37,613 nucleotides of DNA. Origin: a virus (lineage: Duplodnaviria; Caudoviricetes). The stretch spans positions 1 to 37,613 of IMG/VR virus record IMGVR_UViG_3300025429_000037; one strand, 5' to 3'. The first letter of the stretch is position 1, and every line of letters begins with the position of its first letter. This document shows positions 18,071 through 29,900 of this stretch, piece after piece. The position numbers and the translations under genes were made by a program. The notes under the pieces were generated by a model that ran no database searches, was not told the DNA's origin, and was given only the letters and a program-made list of their open reading frames with translations.

Positions 18071-19786
18071 ATGGCAAACTTAGTACAATCATTACTAAAT
18101 GAGTCTGCTCAAAATGCTGCTCAAGCTACCTTTACGGTTGCTCAGAGATTAGCTAAAAAATGGGGCAAGTCAGGTCTTTTAGAAGGTCTGCAAGACTACG
18201 ATCGCAATAACATGGCGATGATCCTTGAGAATCAAGCGAAACAATTAATCGTTGAAACTTCTCAAACAAACGGTAACGTTTCTCAAGCAAACGGTGCTAC
18301 TTTTACACCAGGTACTGGTGAACAATGGGCTGGAGTTGCTTTACCATTGGTAAGAAAAATCTTTGGACAAATTGCTGCGAAGGAATTCGTTTCAGTTCAA
18401 CCAATGAACTTACCTGCTGGTTTAGTATTCTTCTTAGACTTCCAATACGGAGGTGCTAATGGAACTGCTTCTCCTTTTGGATATAACGGTTCTTTATATG
18501 GTGCTAATACAGCTAACTTCGGTAATGCTGCTTCTGGTGCTTTATATGGTGCAGGTACATTTAACTATTCATTGAACCCTTTTAGTGCATCTATTAGTGC
18601 TTCTGCGATTGCATCTGCTTCTGCAGTGCCTTTCTCAGCTATTAACTTTGATGCTAACTATAGTGCTTCTTTGGCTGCTGGTCAAATTTTCACTGTTACT
18701 GTTAATAACGTATCTGTAACTGTTCCTGGTATTAACTACAATGGCGTAAGAGCTTTTGAATTAGTTTCAGGATCTGCAATTACTGTTGCTACAACTTTAA
18801 ATCAGTTTACTAAATACACTGGAATTCCAGCTCAAGGTGGTACTGATATTTTAACTTTTGTAGTAACTGGTTCTTTAACTGGAGCTCAAGCTAACCAAAT
18901 TACTGGTTCTGCTACTACTACTCTGTACTATAACAAAATGACTGACTTCAATGCAAGAGGTGATTTTGAAGATAGAACAGCTACACAAGGTTTCTCTGTT
19001 CCTAACGCATACAGTCCTTCTCAGATCTATATCCCAGAAGTAAACGTGCAAATGAGAAGCCAAACAATTTCTGCTAAAACTCGTAAATTAAAAGCACAGT
19101 GGACTCCAGAGTTTGCTCAAGACTTGAATGCTTACCATAGTTTAGACGCAGAAGCTGAATTAACAGGTTTATTATCTGAGTACATTTCTTTGGAAATTGA
19201 CTTAGAGGTATTGGATATGTTAATTCAAAATGCTCCTACTGTATTACAGTGGTCAGCTAAAATCGGTAACCAAATTGATCCAACTAATACTTTCTTCCAG
19301 TCTAACACTGCAGGAGCTTATTACAATCAGATGACTTGGTTCCAAACAATTGGTATTAAATTACAAAAAGTTTCTAACTTGATTCACCAACGTACTTTAC
19401 GTGGTGGTGCTAACTTCATGGTAGTTTCTCCAGCAGTGGCTACAATCCTTGAGTCAATCCCAGGATTTGCAGCTGATACTGACGGTGCAGCAGATACAAT
19501 GAAATATGCATTCGGAGTTCAGAAAATTGGTAGTTTAAATAGCCGTTACAAAGTTTACAAAAATCCATACATGTTGGAAAACTTCATCCTATTAGGATTT
19601 AGAGGTAATCAATTCCTTGAGTGTGGAGCTGTATATTCTCCTTATGTTCCATTGATCATGACTCCATTGATTTACGATCCTACCACTTTCACTCCGCGCA
19701 AGGGCATCATGACTCGCTATGCGATGACGATGATCAGACCGGAATTTTATGGTGGTGTTCAAGTAGCAGATTTAAACATTGTCTAG
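18071..19786 (+). CDS. Major capsid protein (T4 gp23-like)
   Basis: VQPMNLPAGLVFFLD, AKTRKLKAQWTPEFAQDL, EIDLE, YSPYVPL, PRKGIMTRYA. Ends TAG TAA TAG. Confidence 0.97.
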   Translation: MANLVQSLLNESAQNAAQATFTVAQRLAKKWGKSGLLEGLQDYDRNNMAMILENQAKQLIVETSQTNGNVSQANGATFTPGTGEQWAGVALPLVRKIFGQIAAKEFVSVQPMNLPAGLVFFLDFQYGGANGTASPFGYNGSLYGANTANFGNAASGALYGAGTFNYSLNPFSASISASAIASASAVPFSAINFDANYSASLAAGQIFTVTVNNVSVTVPGINYNGVRAFELVSGSAITVATTLNQFTKYTGIPAQGGTDILTFVVTGSLTGAQANQITGSATTTLYYNKMTDFNARGDFEDRTATQGFSVPNAYSPSQIYIPEVNVQMRSQTISAKTRKLKAQWTPEFAQDLNAYHSLDAEAELTGLLSEYISLEIDLEVLDMLIQNAPTVLQWSAKIGNQIDPTNTFFQSNTAGAYYNQMTWFQTIGIKLQKVSNLIHQRTLRGGANFMVVSPAVATILESIPGFAADTDGAADTMKYAFGVQKIGSLNSRYKVYKNPYMLENFILLGFRGNQFLECGAVYSPYVPLIMTPLIYDPTTFTPRKGIMTRYAMTMIRPEFYGGVQVADLNIV

Positions 19787-19820
19787 TAATAGATAAAGTA
19801 TTTATCATACTCCTTAAAAG

Positions 19821-19852
19821 AAAGTACCCCAATCTAATTGGGGTATTTTTTT
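19821..19852 (+). terminator. Intrinsic terminator after major capsid gene
   Basis: TACCCCAAT-CTA-ATTGGGGTA followed by a run of 7 T. Confidence 0.9.
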
Positions 19853-19865
19853 GTTGGTTACTTTG

Positions 19866-19873
19866 ATATTTAT
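19866..19873 (+). promoter_or_regulatory. ATATTTAT motif, putative late promoter
   Basis: Right after the terminator, upstream of phoH. Confidence 0.55.
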
Positions 19874-19920
19874 ACCTATAGTATTATAAACAGCTATTAT
19901 TAATCACTCTTAATCCTTTT

Positions 19921-20589
19921 ATGAAAGAACCTAATAGAGAAAGAAAAAGCGAAATAAAATCAATAAATGCATTACAATTAAACGAAGAACAAAAAGCCGC
20001 AAAAAAATTAATAGTAGAAAATCAAATAGTTATAGTAACAGGTAGAGCTGGAAGTGGTAAATCATTAGTGTGTGCTCAAGCAGCATTGGATTTTTTAAAA
20101 AAGAAACAAATTGGATGCATTTATAACACGAGAGCTGCAATTGAAGTAGGTAAGAGTTTAGGTTTTTTGCCTGGAGCTTTGAGTGAAAAATTTGATCCTT
20201 ACATGGAAGCTTTACTTGAAAATATTTCTAAGTGTTGTTCTGATAAAAATGAAGTAACTAAATTAGTACAAGACGAAAAAATTAAAGCATTACCAGTACA
20301 GTTTATTAGGGGTAAAACAATTGATGATATTTTAATTGTTGAAGAAGCTCAAAACTTAACTAAAGGAGAAATGTTAGCTATTTTAACTCGTTTGGGTAAA
20401 AATGGTAAAATAGTAATAAATGGTGATAATGAACAAACTGATATTAGAACATCAACAGGCGAAATTAATGGTTTAACATATGTTATTGGATTATCTAATA
20501 GAATAGATGAAATTAAATATATTAACTTAAAAGAAAACCATAGATCTGATTTAGTTGGAAAAATATTAGAAGTAGAATACGGTAAATAA
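19921..20589 (+). CDS. phoH: PhoH-family ATPase
   Basis: GRAGSGKS, LGFLPG, IRGKT, EEAQN, TRLG, GDNEQTD, HRS. Confidence 0.92.
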   Translation: MKEPNRERKSEIKSINALQLNEEQKAAKKLIVENQIVIVTGRAGSGKSLVCAQAALDFLKKKQIGCIYNTRAAIEVGKSLGFLPGALSEKFDPYMEALLENISKCCSDKNEVTKLVQDEKIKALPVQFIRGKTIDDILIVEEAQNLTKGEMLAILTRLGKNGKIVINGDNEQTDIRTSTGEINGLTYVIGLSNRIDEIKYINLKENHRSDLVGKILEVEYGK

Positions 20590-20598
20590 AAATAAATA

Positions 20599-21804
20599 AT
20601 GGCAAACCCAATCATATATACTGGAAGCGCACAACCCATAGCTGGAAATACTCCATTTGGATTTTATGATGGAGATACAAAATTTCAATCAGATGGTCCT
20701 AAAGTAGCAAATTATGTTGCTATTAAATTGGGGTATCCTGTGATGGAAGTAGAACTTCAAGATACTCAAATTTATGCGTGTTTTGAAGAAGCAGTTTCTG
20801 TGTATAGTGAAGAAGTATACCAATCAAAAATAAAGGACAATTATCTTTCTTTAGAAGGAGAATCTACTGCTTCTTTATTGAATAATCAATTAGTTGTTCC
20901 AACTATCAATTCTATTGTAAATATTGCTGATAATTATGGAGCTTACGTTGGAGTTGGTGGATTGATTGAGTGGTATACTGCGTCTTTATATCTTAGTCAA
21001 AGTGTACAACAGTACGATTTACAAGCTTGGGGAATTCAAAATGGATATATATCTTCTAGTGATAGAATGATTATTCAAAGAATATTTTATGATGCTGATC
21101 CTGCAATTAATCAATATTACGATCCTTATATTGGAGGTTCTTTAAATTATCAAGGAGCAACAGAAAATTTTGGATGGGCGAGTTATTCACCCGGATTGAA
21201 TTTTCAACTATTTCCTGTATATTGGGATATCCAAAGAATACAAGAAATTGAAATGTCTAATCAAGTTAGAAGATCTGCTTTTTCGTTTGAATTAACAAAT
21301 AATAAATTAAAAATATTTCCAGTACCAAACTCAGATGGACAAGTACTCTGGTTACAATATTCAAAGAAAAGTGATTTATCTAGTATATCTGGAAATAGTC
21401 CTTATGGATCAAATCAAGGATTAATAACAAATCCATCAAATGTTCCTTATGGATCAATAACATATGGACAAATAAATCAACCTGGTAGACAGTGGATTTA
21501 TGAATACACACTTGCATTAGCATCTGAACTTCTTGGATTAATCAGAGGAAAATATACAACGGTAGCGATACCAGGATCAGAAGTTACTTTGAATGGAGCA
21601 GATTTAATTTCAAAGGGAAAAGATGCTCAAAATTCTTTAAGAGAAAAACTAAGACAAGATTTAGCCGATATGAGTAGACAATCTCAATTAGAAAGACAAC
21701 AATCAGAAAATGCTTCTATATCTGACACATTAAATCAAGTACCATTATTTATATATATAGGAAGTTATTTGATATTTATATTAAGTGGAGGATTTATATG
21801 GTAG
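20599..21804 (+). CDS. Neck/head-completion protein (T4 gp13-like)
   Basis: KLGYPVMEVEL..TQI, WIYEYTLA..SELLGLIRGKY, VTLNG. Possible extension after IYIG. Confidence 0.75.
   Translation: MANPIIYTGSAQPIAGNTPFGFYDGDTKFQSDGPKVANYVAIKLGYPVMEVELQDTQIYACFEEAVSVYSEEVYQSKIKDNYLSLEGESTASLLNNQLVVPTINSIVNIADNYGAYVGVGGLIEWYTASLYLSQSVQQYDLQAWGIQNGYISSSDRMIIQRIFYDADPAINQYYDPYIGGSLNYQGATENFGWASYSPGLNFQLFPVYWDIQRIQEIEMSNQVRRSAFSFELTNNKLKIFPVPNSDGQVLWLQYSKKSDLSSISGNSPYGSNQGLITNPSNVPYGSITYGQINQPGRQWIYEYTLALASELLGLIRGKYTTVAIPGSEVTLNGADLISKGKDAQNSLREKLRQDLADMSRQSQLERQQSENASISDTLNQVPLFIYIGSYLIFILSGGFIW
21772..21779 (+). promoter_or_regulatory. ATATTTAT motif upstream of the endonuclease remnant (GGAGG follows at 21787-21791)
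   Basis: Inside the 3' end of the neck gene, 18 nt before ATG 21798. Confidence 0.5.
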
Positions 21805-22201
21805 AATGTAAAATTTGCAATAAGCAATATAAAATAATAACTAATCAACATTTGAGTAAGCATAATATAACATCTGCTGAATACTTAATAAAATATCCAA
21901 ACGCGATTTTATTAAGTGAAGAAACTAGAGAAAAGTATAAAGCTGGTACGATTAATTATAATTTAAATTTTGGATGTCCTATAAAAGGAATAAAAAAAAC
22001 AAAAGATCATAAAGAAAAATTAAAAAAGATAGCTAATAATAGATCTAAAGAACATTATAATTAGATGATTGTATCAATGATAGACTAAAAAATCAATGGC
22101 GTATTGATAGGTATAAAGATCAACTAGCAATTAAAAAAGGATATAATATAATTAGAATTAGAGAAAGTGAAAAAGATAAATTATATACTATAATTACATA
22201 A
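21798..22201 (+). pseudogene. Degenerate homing endonuclease (Zn finger + NUMOD3-like + out-of-frame Vsr/DUF559-like C-terminal fragment)
   Basis: 21798-22064 encodes CKIC...HLSKH and KKTKDHKEKLK. A different frame at 22061-22201 reads ...DRYKDQLAIKKGYNIIRIRESE...*. Confidence 0.7.
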
Positions 22202-22202
22202 T

Positions 22203-22697
22203 ATGGCAATATTTGGATCTATTAGAGACATATTAATGTTCAAAGGAATAACTTATGAATTCGTAGAAAATGTTGCTAGCCAACAGTGCGGATATTATAA
22301 AGTTATGCTTCCTGATACTCCACCGAATGTATATGGTGAAGCGATGGAAAAACAATATATAGGACCTGTATTACTTTGGACTTTAATAGAAAGAGGTGAT
22401 TATGGATCTCAAGATTGGAATGATCAATCAACAGATATAATTAGAACTGTTAAATTTAGATTTTTTAAAGATCATTTAATAACCGCAAATGTTATTCCTG
22501 AAATTGGAGACGTAGTAATGTATAACGAAATGTATTATGAAATTGATAATGTAAATGAAAATCAAAAAATATTAGGTAAAGATCCTAATTATAGCTATTC
22601 CACTGGGTTAGATAAATTTGGATCTTCATTTTCAATAATATTAGACGCACATTATACCAGTCCTGATAGACTTAACATACAACAACAAAGAACATAG
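22203..22697 (+). CDS. Head completion/neck protein (T4 gp14-like)
   Basis: NVYGEA, PEIGDVV..NEMYYEI; follows the gp13-like gene. Confidence 0.65.
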   Translation: MAIFGSIRDILMFKGITYEFVENVASQQCGYYKVMLPDTPPNVYGEAMEKQYIGPVLLWTLIERGDYGSQDWNDQSTDIIRTVKFRFFKDHLITANVIPEIGDVVMYNEMYYEIDNVNENQKILGKDPNYSYSTGLDKFGSSFSIILDAHYTSPDRLNIQQQRT

Positions 22698-22700
22698 TAA

Positions 22701-23966
22701 ATGGCAAACCAAGTAAATAGACCGCAGAACAGACAAGAGTTCATGGATAAATTGGTTATGCCCTATTTACCTAGCGAAGGAAATCCGAATCAAGTATTTT
22801 CTGAGCCCGAAAAATTAGGACAGCCAGAAATAAATCGAGCGCTTGAAAGAACATTAAAAAATGATACCACTAAAGATTTTTCAATTGGAATAAAAGATTT
22901 TGACGAAGCTTTAAAATACTATTTTGATAACGTATTAAAACTATCTGTAGTACAAAATGGATCTAGAGTAAATGTTCCTATTTTATATGGTAATCAAGAG
23001 AATTGGAAAGATATTCAATTAGAGGGTTATTTAAGAGACAGAGCGGGAAAAATGATGGCGCCTATGATGTTTTTTAGAAGAACTGGAATAGAACCGAATA
23101 CTGCACTTGGTTTTAAATTGGATGGTAATCAAGCACATAATCTTCAATTTTTTGAAGCAGGATACAATAGAAGAAACGTATATTCTAATTTTAATCTTTT
23201 AAATTCAAGAGTTCCTTCAAAAAAATACATGGTATCTGTAACTCCTGACTATGTTACTGTGAGCTACACCTGCTTAGTCTGGACATATTATGTTGAGCAG
23301 ATGGATAAACTTATAGAATCTTTAAACTTCGCATCTAGAAGTTACTGGGGAGACAAAAATAAGTTTTTATTTTATACATCTATTGATAATTTTGAAGAGA
23401 CTTTACAATATAATATTGGCACTGATAGATCTGTAAGAACTCAATTTACTTTAAAATTAAATGGATATTTAATACCTGATTCTATAAACGCAAAAATGGC
23501 AGCTGGTACTAGAGTTTTTGGTGTTTCTAACATATCTTTTGGACTTGAAATCGCCAATAGTGTAGAACAATTCCAAGCGAATTTAGCAAAACCAAAAGCA
23601 TCTACTATCTCATCTGTGGCCGCAAATGATTCTGTGAATGTAACAAATATAACAAATGTAACGTACAGTGGTGTAATTCCTCCATTAGTTGCTAATTATG
23701 TGCTTTTAAATAAACAAGTATTGGGAAGTTACGTATCATTGACGACGGCCGTATTTTCAGGTTGGGCTATCCCGCCTTCAGGAATTCCAGCTAATACTTC
23801 GGATAACTTCACATTCTTTGTTAATACAACTTATATAGAAAAAAATGCTATAGTAAGCTTTGTGGATAATGGAAATGGAACTAGCACGTTAACAATAGAT
23901 CCATCAACATTAGGATACGGTTTTGAATCAACAGATACAATATACGGTATAGGTAAATTTGCATAA
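22701..23966 (+). CDS. Tail completion/sheath stabiliser-like protein (T4 gp15-like) with C-terminal extension
   Basis: VPILYGNQENW, PDYVTVSY, YVEQMDKLIE, LNGYLIP; gene position. Confidence 0.6.
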   Translation: MANQVNRPQNRQEFMDKLVMPYLPSEGNPNQVFSEPEKLGQPEINRALERTLKNDTTKDFSIGIKDFDEALKYYFDNVLKLSVVQNGSRVNVPILYGNQENWKDIQLEGYLRDRAGKMMAPMMFFRRTGIEPNTALGFKLDGNQAHNLQFFEAGYNRRNVYSNFNLLNSRVPSKKYMVSVTPDYVTVSYTCLVWTYYVEQMDKLIESLNFASRSYWGDKNKFLFYTSIDNFEETLQYNIGTDRSVRTQFTLKLNGYLIPDSINAKMAAGTRVFGVSNISFGLEIANSVEQFQANLAKPKASTISSVAANDSVNVTNITNVTYSGVIPPLVANYVLLNKQVLGSYVSLTTAVFSGWAIPPSGIPANTSDNFTFFVNTTYIEKNAIVSFVDNGNGTSTLTIDPSTLGYGFESTDTIYGIGKFA

Positions 23967-23968
23967 GT

Positions 23969-26900
23969 ATGTCATCAATTAAAAGTAAACAGTTATTATA
24001 CCCTTTAAGTGGATCTTTTACAGGTTCATTTAGTGGATCTTTTTTAGGTAACATAATAGGAACCGCGAGCGTTGCTTCAAATGCGATATCAAGTTCTTAT
24101 GCCTATACTGCATCTAGCGCAATAAGTTCAAGTTACGCTTATACCGCGTCTTCTGCAATAATAGCGTCAGCCTCTTTAATAGCGACATCTGCTTCTTACG
24201 CATTTACTGCTTCTAGCACTATTAACGCATTTTCTGCATCATATTCTCAAACTTCATCGTTTGCTAACACTTTTACTGTAGCGGGAACTTTAACAGCTCA
24301 AACGTTAGTCGTAACAACTATAAGTTCTTCAGTAGAATATAGTAGTGGATCTAATATATTCGGTAATTCTCTTACAAATACACAAGTATTTACAGGATCA
24401 GTTAGTATTACTGGATCTCTTAGCGTAAATAATATATCTGTACTTCTATCAAATCAAACAAGTTCTATAAGTGTATTATCTGCCTCTTACGCGTATACAG
24501 CAAGTTCTGCTATCAGTTCTAGTTTGTCTCAAACTGCTTCTTATGTTTTAAATGCAGTAAGTAGTTCTTATTCTTATACCGCTTCTAGCGCAATAAATGC
24601 TTCTGCTTCTTTAATAGCAATAAGTTCTTCTTATAGCTATACAGCTAGCTCAGCTATAAGTTCATCATTTAGTATTACTTCAAGTGTAGCTTATTCTGGA
24701 ACAGGTTCATTTACAGGATCTTTTATTGGAATACATAGTGGAAGTTTATTTGGTACGGCTTCCCAAGCTATTTCTTCTTCATACGCACTAACTGCTAGCT
24801 ATTTATCTGGGTATGTATCACCTTTTCCCTACACTGGATCTGCAATAATTAGTGGTAGTTTAAATATAATAGGAAATTTAACTTTTATAAACAGCTCTAG
24901 TTATATTGGAAATTTAGCCGGATTTGGAGCATCATCTGCTTCGTATTCTGTATTTTTAGGTGATCAAGCAGGTTTAAATGCTTCTAATGCTTCAAACACA
25001 ACTCTTTTAGGCGCATTAAGTGGTTTAAATGCGTATTCATCTTCTTTTTTAACGGCTATAGGATTTAGTGCAGGTATTTCTTCTTCTAATTCTATTTATG
25101 GTACTATAATAGGATCATATTCTGGATATAGTGGATTGGGACTATATGGAAGTAACGTTATTGGTTTGTACGCAGGAGCAATTTCTTCAGCTTCTTATTA
25201 TTCAAATATAATAGGACCTTATGCTGGATATAAATTAACTGGATCTGCTTATTCTAATATTATAGGATATAACGCAGGCTTTAATAGTAATTTAGGTAAT
25301 AATAATATTATAATTGGAACAGAAATTACTCTTGCTTCAGGAAGCGTTAATTCTATAAATATAGGAGGACTTATATTTGGTTCAGGATCTTATTTTAGTA
25401 CAAATTCTGTGTCTTCTGGATCGGCTAACGGTAAAATAGGTATTAATCAACCAAATCCTCAATATTCTTTAGATGTAAGTGGTAGTTTAAATGTTACTAA
25501 TGGAATTACAGGATCTTTATTTGGAACTTCATCTCAAGCTGTGTCTGCTTCTTATGCTTATACTGCATCATCTACTATAAATGCATCCGCTTCTTTAATA
25601 TCTATTAGTGCATCTTATAGTTATACTGCTAGCTCTGCTATTTTAGCTTCTGCATCTTTAATTGCCATAAGTTCATCTTATAGTTATACTGCTTCAAGCG
25701 CAATTAGCTCATCATTTGCAAATAGTTCAAGCGTAACCTATTCAGGTACCGGTTCTTTTACTGGATCTTTTGTTGGAGTATACACTGGAAGTTTATTTGG
25801 AACTAGTTCTCAATCTATTTCTAGTTCTTATGCTTACACCGCATCATCTGCTATAAATGCTTCGGCTTCTTTAGTAACTGTGTCTGCATCATACGCTTAC
25901 ACAGCTTCTAGTGCAATATTAGCGTCTGCATCATTGATAGCAACATCTGCTTCTTACTCTTATACTGCATCTAGTGCAATAAATGCATCAGCTTCTTTAG
26001 TATCAATAAGCTCATCTTACGCTCAAACTGCTTCGTTTGCAAATAATTTTACAGCATCTAATATTTTAGTAACTGGAACTTTAACTGCTCAAACTTTAGT
26101 AGTTCAAACTGTAACCGCGTCTCAAGAATATAGTAGCGGATCTAATGTATTTGGTAATTCTCTTACAAATACACAAGTATTTACAGGATCAGTTAGTATT
26201 ACAGGATCATTAAGTGTAAACAGTATTCCTGTAGTATTATCTAATCAAACAGGATCGATGAGTGTATTATCTGCCTCTTACGCGTATACAGCAAGTTCTG
26301 CTATATCAGCTTACACAGCTAGTTCTGCAATTAGTTCATCATTTAGTATTACTTCTAATGTAGCATATTCTGGTACTGGTTCATTTACTGGATCTTTTAT
26401 AGGAGCTCATACTGGAAGTTTATTTGGAACTGCATCTATTGCAACATCTGCTTCATATACGCAATTAGCAGCAACTTCTTCTAACATTCAAGGAGGAACA
26501 GCAAACTATTTAGCTCTATGGTCAGGTTCTACTCAATTAAGCGCTAGCTCAATATATCAAACAGCTTCTACTGTAATAATTAATCAAACAGGATACACTA
26601 CGGCAAATCCAGAAGCTCTATATGTATGGCAATCTTCGTCGTCTTCATTCAATGTAATTAGCGGTAAAGGCAATTTAAATAACTATTTACAGCTTAATAT
26701 TCAAAATACAAACGCAGGTAATACTGTATCATCTGATATAGTAGCTACTGCAAATAATGGTGATGAGAATGGTAATTACATTGATATAGGTATTAATGGT
26801 CAAAATTTTAATGGAACTGTGGGATTTGGACCTGGAGGACCTAACGATGCTTATTTATATAACACAGGATCCAATTTATACATAGGTAATTATTCTCCAA

Positions 26901-29900
26901 ATCAGAGTTTATTTTTATTCAATGGATATCAAGGCGATCATAGCTCTTCATTTCAAATTGCGCCTAACTTAAATATATACATTAGTAGTAGCTTAACTGT
27001 TACTGGTAGTATTAATGCTATTGCTGGCGTGACAGGAAGTTTGTTTGGAACAGCTTCATACGCAATTAGATCAATATCTTCTTCTTTAGCTACATCATCA
27101 TCTTATGCGTATACTGCGTCTAGTGCAATATTAGCTTCTGCTTCATTAGTAGCCACATCTGCATCTTATGCGTTTACTGCATCAAGTGCTATATCAAGCT
27201 CTTATGCATATACTGCGTCTAGTGCAATTAATGCGTCTGCTTCACTAATATCAATATCTTCATCTTATAGTTATACTGCAAGTTCTGCGATAAGTTCTTC
27301 TTACGCATTAACAGCTTCATATGCTCTAAATGCTGCAGCAGCTTCATCATTTCCTTATACTGGATCTGCGATTATAAGCGGTAGTTTAACTGTAACAGGA
27401 TCAATAATAGCAACGTTAGGATTTAGTGGATCTTTATTTGGAACATCATCTCAAGCTATTTCTGCTTCTTACGCATATACAGCTAGTTCTGCAATTAGTT
27501 CTTCTTGGTCAGTAAATAGTATAGTGACCGCTTCTGTATTAAATACTACAATTACATTTACTAAAGGAGACGGTTCAACATTCAATGTAACTGTATCCCA
27601 AAGTGGATCTGTTGCGACAGCATCTTACGCTCTTACTGCTGCAACAGCATCTTATGTATTAAATGCTATATCAAGTTCTTATTCTTATACCGCTTCTAGT
27701 GCGATTAGCGCTTCTTATACATTTACTGCTTCAAGCGCAATATCTAGTTCTTATTCATATACGGCAAGTTCTGCGATAAGCTCTTCTTTGTCTCAAACTG
27801 CATCTTATGTAGTCACTGCACAAACTGCATCTTATGTTTTAAACACAATAAGTGCTTCATTTTCTTCTACAGCATCTTATTTAAACCCATTAAATCAAAC
27901 TGTAACATTAACAGGCTCATTTAATGTAACTGGATCTACAATACAAATAGGCAATAATACTCTGATAGGTAATACTATATTAAGTGGAAGCATTATTATT
28001 AGTGGATCATCATCGCCAGGTTCATTAACATCGTCTATTAAAATATATGGTAATATAGATACAAATGGATATGTTCGTTTCAATCCAATAACAACAAATA
28101 TAGACACGACTGTAAGTGCTTCTTATATTTACGTTTCTGGTTCAACTCAAGATTTATATTTTAGTCAAAATAGCGCAGGATATGCCAATACAACTCGTTT
28201 AAGATGGTTAGAAGGTAATTTATATACAGGATTACTTAATGGAGGTATTATATCTCAATCATCATCTACTGTTTATACAGTTAGTAGCGGTAGTGGTATT
28301 TTCGTTAGCTTAAATGCTTCTACTGGTAGTAATCCTTACCCCATTATAACTTACATAAACTGGCCTACACTATCAGCTAGTATAGCTCCCTTGAGTGCTT
28401 CTTTTGATCAATCATTTGTTTCTATTACATCTGCTGGAACTATAAATACTCAAGGTATACCATATAATGATGGACAATTTAATACTTTAATACCAATAGG
28501 ATTAGTATTACATCAAAATCATTCTACTATTAATGGTGTAAAAACACAACCATCTTTAGCTTATGGGTATAAACAAAGAGTTAGTGTATTTACTCAAGCA
28601 TTTGGTCCATTAAAACTGTCAGGATTTAATTTACTAGTAAGTGGTTCATCAACAGGTAGTTTAATAGTTTCAGCAGGAACATCTTATGATGACGGAACAA
28701 ACTATCCAATAGACCCAAATAACCCTAGCTATATACAAGACTCAGGTACTAACGTATCTAAAATATGGAGATATTACCAATCAGGATCTGGTACTAATAA
28801 CTGGGTATATAATACAAATGCAGGCTCTGGCTTTACAACAATTGACCCAACCCAATATTCAAATAATGGTGTATTAACTTCTGTACCTGGTAATGGTTCT
28901 AATAGAAACTGGTCAATTCAACGTTGTTACTGGTTTCCTAATTCAGTATCTAAAGCAATAGTAGTATATTATGGTAATGCTGTTTATCCTGATCAAGGTA
29001 CTGCCTTAGCTAACTTAAATATTGAAACATTTACTGAAGCACCTAATACGCAGGCAAATGCTGTTTATTTAGGAGCTTTATTAGTACAAAATAATGCTAA
29101 TTTTACAAATACAGCTACATATGTAATAGTACCATCTGGATTATTTAGAAGTATAGGTGGATCTGGGGGTGGTGGTGGAACTATTACTCAAACACTAAAT
29201 GGATTATCTGATGTAAACGTAACTGATGGAATCTCTATTGATGGTAATCCATTAACATATAGTGATTCATTAGGTGTATGGGTAGCAGGAACTTATTTAA
29301 GTGCATCTATTTCAGGTAATGCAACAACAGCAACAACTGCATCTTATGCTTTAACGGCTTCTTATGTATTAAACGCCATTTCTAGCTCTTATGCTTATAC
29401 TGCGTCTAGTGCTATAAGTTCATCTTACGCATTCACAGCTAGCTCTGCCATTAATGCCTCTGCTTCTCTGGTAGCTATATCTAGTTCGTATGCTTATACT
29501 GCGTCATCTGCAACAAATGCTAGCGCATCTTTAATATCAATAAGTTCATCTTATTCATACACTGCAAGTTTTGCTATTAGCGCTTCATTTGCTAATACTT
29601 CTAGTGTAGCTTATTCTGGAACTGGATCTTTTACAGGATCATTTATAGGGATTCATACAGGATCTTTATTTGGAACTTCATCTCAAGCTATTTCCAGTTC
29701 TTATGCTTATACAGCGTCTAGTGCAATAAATTCATCAGCCTCCTTAATAGCTATATCAAGTTCTTACGCTTATACAGCTAGCTCAGCAATAGTTGCGTCT
29801 GCTTCATTGATAGCAACATCTGCTTCTTACGCATTCACTGCAAGTTCTGCTATCTTGGCTTCTTCATCTTTAATAGCTGTGAGTTCAAGCTATGCTCAAA

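Noticed and set aside
19621-19866. 81-aa alternative-frame ORF overlapping the capsid end (also 33262-33507 and 34471-34686 on +, 35264-35551 on -)
   Set aside because: They overlap real genes out of frame, and the first runs through the terminator. No slippery site or other coding support was seen.
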